Source of the DNA: Octopus sinensis
Lineage: Eukaryota
Assembly: GCF_006345805.1 (NCBI RefSeq)
Contig: NC_043006.1
Coordinates: forward strand, 75,082,001 to 75,146,000
Direction of reading: 5' to 3'
DNA: 64,000 bases
In this document: positions 51,989 through 64,000 of the stretch, piece after piece
Layout: every line of letters starts with the position of its first letter
Position numbering within the stretch: position 1 is the first letter of the stretch
The notes under the pieces: model-generated
The model's database searches: none
Told to the model about the DNA's origin: nothing
Seen by the model: the letters and a program-made list of their open reading frames with translations, nothing else
Position numbers and translations under genes: made by a program

Positions 51989-52926
51989 ATCAACTTATCC
52001 CCTCGATGGCCAGGCACAGAATACTGGAAATGAACATCATCACTTATATGACAGTGATGTCTGTTTATAACCAATATGTACTGCCAAGACAAGGGTATAC
52101 ACACTCACACACACACAAACGTGAAAATACTTGTCCAAGGTGCATAAGTGTGGCATATATAGTATATGAATTGGCACATAAAAAGCACCAGTGCGGGTGG
52201 CACGTAAAAAGCACCCACTACACTCACGGAGTGGTTGGCGTTAGGAAGGGCATCCAGCCGTAGAAACACTGCCAGATTTGACTGGGCCTGATGAAGCCTT
52301 CTGGCTTCACAGACCCCAGTAGAACCGTCCAACCCATGCTAGCATGGAAAACGGACGCTAAATGATGATGATGATGATGATATAGTGGCTTTATGAATGA
52401 AATCTGAATTCATGATTTCATGGCATTGTTATTCACCTTTTGACATGACACAAATATATTTAAGTCACTCTAACTCTGCGTACATTGACTTAATACTTGT
52501 CTTTTCACCATTTGATTTTAAATGCTAGGTATCCACACCCATCTGCATTATTCTTATATTATAAATCTTTCAGTTCATTGATTTTATTCAAGTTATCTCC
52601 CTTGTTTATTTTTCTTTTTGTTTGAGACCTTGAATGGCTTAAAAGGGAGTTGTCTTTTTTTTTTGTTATCTACTGTTAGCATGAGTAATGTCAAATTTTT
52701 TTCCATTTTTATATTACACGTGTGACCCACTGTTGCCGAGTTTCTCAGTTTTATTTTTGTGACTTCATAGACTGATAGACTTAATCAACTCACCCTTGTT
52801 CTATGATATAAATTCCATATTTTAAAGTGAGTTAAATCAAAGTCTTCCATCAGAACTTCATGGTAATTTATGTTTCAAACTCTAATTTAATAACAAACAA
52901 CTAAGTTATTTCAGTAAAGTTTTTCT

Positions 52927-53091
52927 GATGTGGCTGAGTGGTAAGAAGCTTGCTTCTCAACTTCATGGTTCAGAGTTCAGTCCCACTGTGTGGTACCTTG
53001 GTCAGGTGGCTTATACTATAGCCTCGAACCAACCAAAGCCTTGTGAGTAGATGAATGGATTTGGTAGACAGAAACTGAAAGAAACTTGCTG

Positions 53092-53124
<33 letters not shown>

Positions 53125-53812
53125 ATGTGTATGTATATGCATATGTATGTGTGTGTGAATGGCAATACATATACTAAAATTGGAGCGATACAGAAAAGAT
53201 TAGCATGGCCCCTGCGCAAGGATGACACACAAATTTGTGGAGCATTCCATATTTTGTTAGGTGCAAGAGTGTGGTAAGTAGCTTGCTTACCAGCCACATG
53301 GTCCTAGGTTGAGTCCCACTGCATGGCACCTGGGGCAAGTGTCTTTTACTATAGCCTTGGGCCGACCAGAGCCTTGTGAGTGGATTTGGTAGATGGAAAC
53401 TGAAATAAGCCTATCGTATATATGTATGTATATATAAAAAATATATATATATAAAGTAAAGGAATTTGGCAAGAGTAAATTTCGCTTGTTTATCAAAAAC
53501 ATGTTTCTTTGAGTTTTTTTAATGACGAGTTGGGCCTGCTTGGTGATTAATATTTAACAGTTGCGGTATTATAACTGTACTAAGGTAGCATAAAATATAT
53601 ATGTAGCATATATAAGGTAGCGTAATATATATACATATATGTATGTATATGTATATATTTGTGTGTCTGTGTTTGTCTCCCCACGGTCGCTTGACAACCT
53701 ATGTTGGTGTGTTTACTTAGCGGTTCAGTGAAAGAGCCGATAGAATAAGTACTAGGCTTACAAAGAATAAGTCCTGGGGTTGATTTGTTTGAGTAAAGGT
53801 GCTCCAGCATGG
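52927..53812 (+). mobile_element. Composite of SINE B pieces around the U6 retrocopy (5' halves 52927-53155 and 53262-53450; 3' half 53640-53812)
   Basis: Consensus halves separated by microsatellites, U6 and unique sequence. Confidence 0.75.
53161..53255 (+). pseudogene. RNU6: U6 snRNA retrocopy, 5'-truncated
   Basis: ggcaatacatatactaaaattggagcgatacagaaaagattagcatggcccctgcgcaaggatgacacacaaatttgtggagcattccatatttt aligns to U6. It lacks the first ~11 nt and has ACAGAGA changed to ACAGAAA. Confidence 0.95.
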
Positions 53813-54026
53813 CCTCTCACAACTGCCCCACAATGTCATTCTATAAATAAACAATCACATCATTGAAAACTCAACCCCATGAGATAACGCATGATTAATT
53901 TGAAACAAGGCCAAATCCAGCCTCTGACACCCACCCTACAATATCATTCTAAAAATAAACAATCACATCATTGAAATCTCAAAGATATGAGATAATGCAT
54001 GATTGATTCAAAATAATTAAATGAAT

Positions 54027-54180
54027 GGCTGTGTGGTAAGTAGCTTGCTTACCAACCACATGGTTCTGGGTTCAGTCCCATTGAGTGGCACCTTGGACAA
54101 GTGTCTTCTACTATAGCCTCGGGCCAACCAAAGCCTTGTGAGTGGATTTGGTAGACGGAAACTGAAAGAAGCCCGTCGTA

Positions 54181-54212
<32 letters not shown>

Positions 54213-54835
54213 AGTATGTGTGTATATATGTTTGTGTGTTTGTCCCCCCAACATCGCTTACCAATCGATGCTTGTGTGTTTATGTCCCCATAGCTTAGCG
54301 GTTTGGCAAAAGAGACCGATAGAATAAGTACTAGGCTTACAAAGAATAAGTCCTGGGGTTGATTTGCTCGACAAAAGGTGGTGCTCCAGCATGGCCGCAG
54401 TCAAATGACTGAAGCAAGTAAAAGAGTAAAAGAGTATTACACTTGATTGAGTAATCTGAATTTTAAAAGACTAAACATGAATTTCAGTTCCTGATTAAGT
54501 AGTGTCCACATAAAAGTTGACCCTATTAAATTCAGCCTTAGAAAATGGTCTGAAAAGCTTGAATCTTTACTCAAGTATATTCTGTTATTCTTTTATTCTT
54601 TTTTAATTGTTTCAGTCACTTGATTGCAGCCATGCTGGAGCTCTGCCCTAAAGGGGTTTTTAGTCAAAGAAATTGATCCCCAGTACTTATTCTTTGTAAG
54701 CATAGTTCTTATTCTAGTGGTCTCTTTTGCTGAACTGCTAAGTTATGGGGATATAAACACACCAATATTGGTTGTCAAGTAATGGTCGGGGAGGGGGGTG
54801 ACAAACACAGACACAAAGACACACATAAATATATA
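54027..54835. mobile_element. SINE B (54027-54435 +) and inverted 3' half (54590-54835 -)
   Basis: Match the consensus. Confidence 0.8.
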
Positions 54836-54966
54836 TGTACATATATATATATATAATGAACCTTTACATAAATAAATAACGTGAAATACACGAAGGGACG
54901 AACAAAAAGACAAACGGGTCATTCAAAGCCTTCATTCTTCAGTCAGAAACTGATCCCTCATCGCAG

Positions 54967-55019
<53 letters not shown>

Positions 55020-55024
55020 TATAC

Positions 55025-55057
<33 letters not shown>

Positions 55058-55110
55058 CACATGTATATATAATCATTTTATGTCTCTCTATATGTATATC
55101 ATCTATATAT

Positions 55111-55144
<34 letters not shown>

Positions 55145-55290
55145 CATGTGTATATATGTATATATATATACATATATATCATTTTATAAATAAACACACA
55201 CACACGCACATACAGACACACACACAAAGTGTTAATTGATGGTCATGGTTTTCTTGAAGTCAGTTGACTGATCAGAATATAAGAAGTAAA

Positions 55291-55369
<79 letters not shown>

Positions 55370-57924
55370 ATTCAGTACTGTGTAATCAATGTAATTAGTA
55401 GGTGTCGAAAGAATGTAATGGCATTCTAGTCAGGAAGTCCATTAAGTGCAAGAATTAACTGGAGTAAGCCACACACATACACGTACACACACACACACAC
55501 ATGCACACACACCCACACAAATGTGCGCAGGAACATATGGGCTTGTATTTGTATGTATATGTACACACACACATACACATATATAGATATATGTATATAA
55601 AATATTATTTACGTGTTTATGTATAGTGAAATTACAGAATCCTTCTAAGAACATTGCAATGTTGGACAGAATTCCTTGTGGTATTTGCTGCTGCTCCTTT
55701 CTCCCTTCTGAGTTCAAATCATGCTTTGACTCAAAATCCCACCCAGGTCAACTTATCCTCTCGCTCATTTTGGTGTCGACAACTGAAACACTAGTTTATA
55801 GGAGTGGATTGACAGAAGTGCTGGTGCACCTGATATGATGCTTAGTAGTATCTGTTCTAGGGTTTTGATTTCTGATGTCAACGCCAGGTGAGAAACAGGG
55901 ACCAGCATATATTGAACCTTGCCTTTTCGTTTGGTAGTTTTGGTGGTTTAGAAGTATATGGCTACCTTGCATGGTCAGCTAGATGGTCTCAACCTAAAAA
56001 GTGTTGTTGAGGCCTGTGATTTGGAGATGAACTTTGCAGGTGTCTGATAGCCATGATTGGGTTCTCCTGCTTGTGTGTCATGGTGCTGAGTCTAGTTGCC
56101 AGATATAGGGTCTTCCAGCACTATTGAACTATTTAAGGTGGCACACCAGGCAAAACACTTAGCTGCATTTTGTCCGTCTTTACATTTTGAGGTCAAAATC
56201 CACCAAGGTATGACTTTGCCTTTCATCCTTTTGGGGTCAGTAAAACAAGTACCAGTTGGATACAGGGGTTGATGTGACTGACTTACTTCCTGCCCCGCAA
56301 TTGCTGGCCTTGGGTCAGAATTGCAAGTTGATATTTAAACTATTTTTTTCAGGCATCATGCCGGCACAATTGTTAGCTTACTGGGTGAAATGATTAGTAG
56401 TATTTGATCCATCTTTACATTCTGAGTTCAAATTCTGCCAAAGAAAATATAAATTGGGCATTTTGTGAGGGGAGATAACTTAGATTCAGGCATGAATACT
56501 ATAAGGTGTTCCTACTTGAATCTCACATTTTCCACTCTACACTGACATAAAAATACACTCATGCACATATACACACATACATACACACAGACATGATGGG
56601 TTCATACACAGTTTCCATTTTCCATGTACCTAATTTCTTCCACAAGTCAGTCAACTTGACACTGTGACAAATGACTTAAGTGCTATGCAGTGAGATTGAA
56701 GCTTGGACCATAGGGCTGTGAAGGAAGTTGGGTGGCTAAATATTTCTCTAGTATTTGGGATGTATGGATGGGCTTGGAGTTGGAAGCTTGGTGTTATTTC
56801 TTAGTTTGAGGACCACTGCTTTAGACCACAGAAACTGATTTGCCATGATGCTTCCTTCATTTACTTCTTTTAAACTAGATGTTGTCTGCTGTGACTGTTT
56901 GCACTCCAAGATGCACACATTGATTTGCTCACTCATATGATAAGAGGAACAGTGTGTATATGATCATAATATTTTCCTCTGAATGGGATGCCAGTTTGTT
57001 ACAGGGTTTCTCACTAACAGCTGAGTGAACTGGAGCAACATGAAATGAAAGGTTTTGCTCAAGAGCACAACATACTTTCCACCTTGTCCAGGAACTGAAA
57101 CCATGATCTTGTGGTTGTGAGTGCAACCCCCTAACAACTAGACCATGCTTCCCACCCAACATGATGGATCGGGTTGGGGGGTGACACAGTAGGGCTGGAA
57201 CAAGATGAGAGGAGATTGCAAAACACAATTGGTAGGTCTACCTGAAAGCCTGAAGTCTAGGATGTGGTAAGTAGGTTGGCATGGTGAGGAGAAGGGAGGT
57301 GGTTAAACAAACATTGAGTGACAAATTAAATCATTAGTTGACTGAATGAATGCCATTTAAATCTTGACAGCCTGTTTATAGTAATGTAGATCATAAAAAA
57401 AAAAAAATAGTGGTGGTAGTGATAGATGGGGGTACAGGTGATGGTGGTGTATTAATGGAATGTGGAAGGTTTGGTTTTAGTGGCAGGGGTGTCTGGAGAT
57501 GAACCACAATGTTATGTAGCACTGAAAAGTGAAAATTGGCCAACTAGTTTGTGTTTTTTATAAAAGCTCATCAGGTTTACATTCACCCTACCTTTTGATT
57601 GCTAGAGTTAAGAAGAATGTATATTTTTATGAATAGTATAAACAAAAAATTACTAGCAGGAAATTTATTAAGGTTGATGGTTGATAATGTACATAATTAA
57701 CTAATGTAATTAACATAAATCTTAATCTGAATGTTAAGCTGAACATGTGGATAGACCACTAGATCTTTGGTACTTAAAAGTGAGAATTGATTGGTTGGTT
57801 TTAAAAACTCACCAGATGTCTCTTACCTCAGTTTTTTTTTATCTGCTGGAGTTTTGTAGTGTACATTTTCTTTTGAAAGAGGAGAAACATACAATCAGAA
57901 TAATATTTTATCTGGAATATACAT

Positions 57925-58082
57925 ACAGGCATGGCTGTATGGCAAGAAGCTTGCTTCCCAACCACATGGTTCCAGGTTCAGTTTCACTGTGTGGCGCCTT
58001 AAACAAGTGTCATCTACTATAGCCTTGGACCAACCAAAGCCTTGTGAGTGAACTTGATAGGTAGAAACGGGAAGAAGCCGTC

Positions 58083-58118
<36 letters not shown>

Positions 58119-58335
58119 CTTTGCGTTTGTGTTTGTCCCTTCACCATCGCTTGACAATCGATGTTGGTGTGTTTATGCCCCTGTAAGCTAGCAGTTTGGC
58201 AAAAGAGACTGATAGAATAAGTACAAGGCTTACAAAGAATAAGTCCTAGGGTTGATTTCCTTGACTAAAACCCTTTAAGATAGTGCTCCAGCATGGCTGC
58301 TGTCAAATGACTGAAGCAAGTAAAAGAGTTAAAAG
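57925..58335 (+). mobile_element. SINE family B, diverged
   Basis: Matches the consensus. Confidence 0.8.
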
Positions 58336-58387
58336 AATCAAAATATACATACATACACACACATGCATGCACACACACACACACATG

Positions 58388-58457
<70 letters not shown>

Positions 58458-58659
58458 CTTACCCAATTAAGAAGCTGTTATGTGGTCACTTTTTCTGCTA
58501 AAAATAATTACCACATTCCAACAAATTACACACACCCTCATGTGTTAGTAATAGGTCCAGGATAAATGTGAAATGCAGGCCCCTGTTTCAATTGGTAATA
58601 AAGCTAATCCAGGTGTAAAACTGTGGGGTTCATTTCAACTGGTAGAAGGTCTAGTGCAG

Positions 58660-58889
58660 GCGGCGAGTTAGCAGAAACGTTAGCACCCCAGGCAAAATGC
58701 TTAGCGGTATGTCGTCTGTCTTTACGTTCTGAGTTCAAATTCCGCCGAGGTCGACTTTGCCTTTCATCCTTTTGGGGTCGATAAATTAAGTACCAGTTAT
58801 GCACTGGGGTCGATGTAATCGACTTATTCCCTTTTTCTGACCATGTTTATCCCCTCTATGTTTAGCCCCTTGTGGGCAATAAAGAAATA
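58660..58889 (+). mobile_element. SINE family A, full length, with 16-bp TSD
   Basis: agaaggtctagtgcag at 58644-58659 and 58890-58905. Confidence 0.9.
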
Positions 58890-61464
58890 AGAAGGTCTAG
58901 TGCAGATATGAAATGTAGGTATTATTTCAAACTGCTTTTTGAGCACTTTAGTAATCTTTGCTAAATACATGTGATTTACGTAGGGGTCACAGACATGCAT
59001 ATACACATGTTGTATACATGGTAGTCTTATAAGTAATAGACTGGGAAAACAAGAATGATTTGTAATTCTTTCTATTACTGACACAAGCCCTGAAATGTTT
59101 AAAAAAAAAAAAAACATTTGAGCAAGGTTATTGCCAGTGCCGCTGGACTGGCTCCTGTGCAGGTGGCATGTAAAAAGCTCCATTTGAGCTTGGCCATTGC
59201 CAGCACCCACTACACTCTTGGAGTGGTTGGTGTTAGGAAGGGCATCCAGCTGTAGAAATTTTGCTAGATCAGATTGGAGCCTGGTGCAGCCACCTTATTC
59301 GCCAGACCTCAGTCAAATCGTCCAACCCATGCTAGCATGGAAAGCGGACGTTAAATGATGATGATACTGGTTGATTAAATTAACACCAACTGTCAACTAG
59401 TATCTATTTTATCAACCCCTGAAAGGATGAAAAGCGCAGTTGATCTCAGTAGCATTTGAACTTAGAATGAAAAGACGGGAAGAAATGCCTCTAAGCATTT
59501 TGTCCTCATAGTAAAGTGCATGGCTCAGTGGTTAGAATGTCAGGCTCACAATCATGATGTAGCAAGTTCAATTCCCGGACTGGGCTGTGTGTTGCTCCAG
59601 TTCACTCAGCTGTAGAAATGAGTTGCAACATCACTTGTGCCAAGCTGTATTGGCCTTTGCCTTTCCTCTAGATAACATCAGTGGCACGGAGAGGGGAAAC
59701 TGGTATGCATGGGTGACTGCTGGTCTTCTATAAACAACCTTGCCTGGACTTGTGCCTCAGAGGGGAACTTTCTCGGTGCAACTCCGTGGTCATTCATGAC
59801 CGAAGGGGATCTTTACCCTCACAGTAACAATTCTGCCAACTTGTCACCTTAGAACGATTTATAATAAAAAAATGTTTATTCTTTACTGATGGGTTTCTCT
59901 TTGATTTTAAATGTAGTTCTCCTTAAAATCAAAAACTCCTTAATTTGTTCCTCCTTCCTCTCTTTCTTTCGCCATCTTGTCTTTTTCTACATCACTGATT
60001 ACTACATTATCTAATGTGACCTTCCTTTGCTAAGACAAATCAAGTATGACTGAAGTAGATTTGGATGCTATTTTTAGCTGGTTGTAATTCTTTTCTCCCT
60101 CAGGTCATTTCTCATTAATTAGACTATTTATCAAAAGTGTTCCAGCCATGACCATCTCAGCTGTGGTTTGTATATCTAAAACTACATTGTCCAATATGTC
60201 CATTTTTACCTCTAAGCAGGTGAGATATGATTTGAGAGATTTAGCTGCTATTTCTAATGGAGCAAATAACCACATTGAGGTTCTGTAGGCTTGTTGTTAA
60301 GTTTATTATTCCTTCATGCGGAAAATTCATTGAAATTTTTTGATAATTACACATCAAAAGATTGGTGACATTTTGAATTTTTCATTTGTGTTTTTATGAG
60401 GGGGGGTGGGGAATGTTGATGTTGTTGTTGTTAAATCCCAGGCCACCCACTGATATCAAGAAGGTCTCATAATCAAAGTCAGTTCAGTCAGGATCATCAT
60501 TATCATTATCATCGTCATCGTCATCATCATCATTATCATAATCATCATCACCATCGTCGTCGTCATCGTCATTGTCATCATCATCATAATCATCATCACT
60601 ATCGTCGTCGTCATCATCATCATTGTCATTGTTGGCATTGTCATCATATCATAGACCATAATCACGTTATCATTACACCCATCATCATTGTCATCATCAT
60701 CATGTCGTCATCATCATCATCATCATCATCATCATCGTAATTTTCTTTTAACATCTGTGTTCCATGCTTCCGTGTGCAGGATGGTTTGACAGGATCTGTT
60801 GGGCCCAAAGACTGCATCAGGCTCCAATGTCACATGTGGCATGGTTTCTAAGGCTGGATGCCTTTCCTAATGCCAACCACTTTACTAAGTGCATTGGATG
60901 CTTTCCTTACTGCACAACACAACTGCAGTTACCATGCAGCCGGCAAGATTAAGATACCCTTTGACTGACCGAGTGGGATTACAGCAGAGAGGAAGGCAGC
61001 TTTATGCTTGGAGATGTGAGGTCAAAGTATAAGAGATGAAGCCAGAGTAGAACAGGGTTCTTATTGTTATAGAAAAGCTACTTCCCTATAGAAATGAAGA
61101 TGGGAGTAAATCAAGGTCAGCTTCATATTTCATCCTTTTGCGGATGATGAATTAAGTACTGGTCAAGTACTGAACTTGTTGTAATTGACCTTTCTATCCT
61201 CTTCAAATTACTGACCTTGTGCCAAATTTTGAAATGTTGTTGCTGCTGCTGTTGAAGAATTTGAGAGCAGTGCATGCATCAAAGTGATGTTGGTGTACAA
61301 ATATACGAAGCCCAATATATCCATTATGACTCACCTCTGCTTGGTATTGCATCAGGGCATGGGGTCGATAAAATAAGTAACGGTTGAGCACTGCAGTTAA
61401 TGTAATTGACTTAATGCATCCCCTGAAACTGCTGGCCTTGTGATAAAATTTGAAACAAATATTA

Positions 61465-61831
61465 TTAACTCTGCCTTAGTGAAGGTGAAGGTATTGCTTT
61501 CAGTTGTGTTTGTTTGTTTGTTTATCTGTAGACATGATATCTCAAGAACTGCTTAATGGATTCAGATGAAACTTTCAGGGATGTTTGGCCCCGTGACTGG
61601 TACAAACTGATTAGATTTTTGGATTGATCCAGTACCAGACAAGAATTCTTAATTATTTTTCCTGTTTTTATATGTAATTTTTGAAAGCAGTCATGTTCAT
61701 TTTTAGTATTCTCATTTGTGAAAGCAGTCAAGTTTATTTCAGATATTCTCATTCTAAAAATCATCTCTGGCTAATCGTTGAGAGACCGTTGGTGTTGCCT
61801 TGGAGGAGGTTTGCACTCTGAGTGCTCTTGT
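61465..61831 (+). mobile_element. Helentron-associated-like non-autonomous element
   Basis: 5' taactctgcc...(tgtt)n...gatatctcaagaactgcttaatggattcagatgaaactttcaggg; 3' gccttggaggaggtttgcactctgagtgctcttg. This architecture is recalled from aquatic-animal Helitron-N/HINE families. Confidence 0.5.
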
Positions 61832-62591
61832 TATTATTATTAATATTATTATTAGGATGGTGAGCTGGCAGAATTGCTAGCACGCTGGGTGAAATGCTTA
61901 GTGGTATTTCTCCTGTTGCTATGTTCCACCGAAGTTGCCTTTCATCCTTTTGGAGTCAATAAATTAAGTGCCAGTTGAGTGCTAGGGTCAATGTAATCAA
62001 CTATCCTCCTCCTCCAAATTTCAGGTCTTGTGCCTTTAGTAGAAAGGATTATTGTTATTATTGAGCCATTAAAGTAACTCTGGGGTAAAATATACGAAGC
62101 CCAGTATACCCACCATGACTACCCGTCCAATAAGGGTACACCAGGCCTATGCATTACAACTATATATGTGCAACATGGTGATCTCATATCAAGATAAACA
62201 GTACATGACCTTGCAGATGGAGTCCAGTTAGAATTTTCTTCTGGTTGAGTAGCCCTTCCTGCTCAAAAGGTCCCTAAATAAGGGATGTTTAAGGATGTTG
62301 AACGAAACACCCATGTTTCCAGAGGTGAATTATTCGAACACCAAAGAATTCCTTTGAACACATGGGCATGATGCTCACCCACCTCTCTTGCTCATGGTCA
62401 GAGATGCACCAAGAGACATGCTCAATTGGTTAAGGTTAAACAACCGACAAGCAAATCTGTAGCACTGAGCAGAATATTTGCTGCAGCCCATCTTTTATAT
62501 CAAGACAAAACAATGTGCATGATAACACTTCCAATCAGATAAGACCAGAAGCCATGAGAGCCACTGCCTGGTACTGCATTAGGGCAATTAT

Positions 62592-62654
<63 letters not shown>

Positions 62655-62663
62655 CACCACACC

Positions 62664-62698
<35 letters not shown>

Positions 62699-62706
62699 CA
62701 CTACCA

Positions 62707-62742
<36 letters not shown>

Positions 62743-62938
62743 TTATTATTATTATTATTATTAGGTAGAATTGTTAATGCATTGGAGAAAAATCTTTGTG
62801 TCATTTCTTCCAGCATTTTATGTTCTGTGTTCAAATTCTGCTGAGATCATTTTTGCATGTCATAATTTTAGAGCACCAGTTATGGCACATGACAGAAAAT
62901 CTATCTTTATATATATTCTTTTCATACAGAGTATATCT

Positions 62939-64000
62939 CAGATTCAACATTACCTAATGTGTCGTTTCTTTTTCTGAAGACTACTGTGTGAATCGAGAGC
63001 AGTTTCGCTGCTATTTCTAGCAGGTTACATGACTGCAAAGCCACGCCCTTATTGGTTCAAATTTACATATTTTTGTCGTCAATTTTGTAAGTCAATACTT
63101 TTAATTGAGTTCCTTCAAGTTCTTTATTTGTTCATTTATTTATCTATTTTCTGAATCCAGAATTCTGGGGTTAAATTATTTCCACAGATTCAACATTACC
63201 TAATGTGTCGTTTCTTTTTCTGAAGACTACTGTGTGAATCGAGAGCAGTTTCGCTGCTATTTCTAGCAGGTTACATGACTGCAAAGCCACGCCCTTATTG
63301 GTTCAAATTTACATATTTTTGTCGTCAATTTTGTAAGTCAATACTTTTATTGAGTTCCTTCAAGTTCTTTATTTGTTCATTTATTTATCTATTTTCTGAA
63401 TCCAGAATTCTGGGGTTAAATTATTTCCACAGATTCAACATTACCTAATGTGTCGTTTCTTTTTCTGAAGACTACTGTGTGAATCGAGAGCAGTTTCGCT
63501 GCTATTTCTAGCAGGTTACATGACTGCAAAGCCACGCCCTTATTGGTTCAAATTTACATATTTTTGTCGTCATTTTGTAAGTCAATACTTTTAATTGAGT
63601 TCCTTCAAGTTCTTTATTTGTTCATTTATTTATCTATTTTCTGAATCCAGAATTCTGGGGTTAAATTATTTCCACAGATTCAACATTACCTAATGTGTCG
63701 TTTCTTTTTCTGAAGACTACTGTGTGAATCGAGAGCAGTTTCGCTGCTATTTCTAGCAGGTTACATGACTGCAAAGCCACGCCCTTATTGGTTCAAATTT
63801 ACATATTTTTGTCGTCAATTTTGTAAGTCAATACTTTTAATTGAGTTCCTTCAAGTTCTTTATTTGTTCATTTATTTATCTATTTTCTGAATCCAGAATT
63901 CTGGGGTTAAATTATTTCCACAGATTCAACATTACCTAATGTGTCGTTTCTTTTTCTGAAGACTACTGTGTGAATCGAGAGCAGTTTCGCTGCTATTTCT
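62939..64000 (+). repeat. Tandem array of a 245-246-bp unit, at least 4.3 near-identical copies, running off the window end
   Basis: gattcaacattacc starts at 62941, 63187, 63432, 63677 and 63923. Confidence 0.97.

Noticed and set aside
62970-63020. CTGAAGA...GAGA-gcag-tttcg-ctgc-TA in each 245-bp unit, resembling a hammerhead
   Set aside because: It has GAGA instead of GAAA, no stem II closing pair, and stem I (ttttt versus tttct) cannot pair.
62939-64000. CRISPR-like array
   Set aside because: Eukaryotic context; the units are wholly repeated with no unique spacers and no cas genes.

Overview
AT-rich, microsatellite-dense eukaryotic DNA, inferred to be an octopod cephalopod from its dense tRNA-derived SINE families and (TA)n/(TACA)n/(TATC)n tracts; no taxonomic search was run. 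Only one host coding exon is supportable: the N-terminal exon of an SLC12/NKCC-type cation-chloride cotransporter (31227-31682, +). The ~32 kb downstream appears intronic. The rest is repetitive: several SINE families, a near-full-length decayed mariner with TIRs, other Tc1/mariner remnants, a fragmented Penelope-like element (RT + GIY-YIG) carrying a stack of RLE-type non-LTR 3' ends inside an (AAT)n tract, RTE fragments, hAT and Helentron-like non-autonomous elements, a U6 retrocopy, and a ~245-bp tandem array at the right edge. The least expected signal is a set of type I hammerhead-ribozyme motifs from at least four unrelated sequence families. Two sit at the outer ends of a 1.4-kb fold-back element and one in the loop of a 320-bp palindrome. 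Almost all ORFs in the supplied track are microsatellite translations. Repeat boundaries are approximate (about +/-10 nt) unless a TSD or TIR is quoted.
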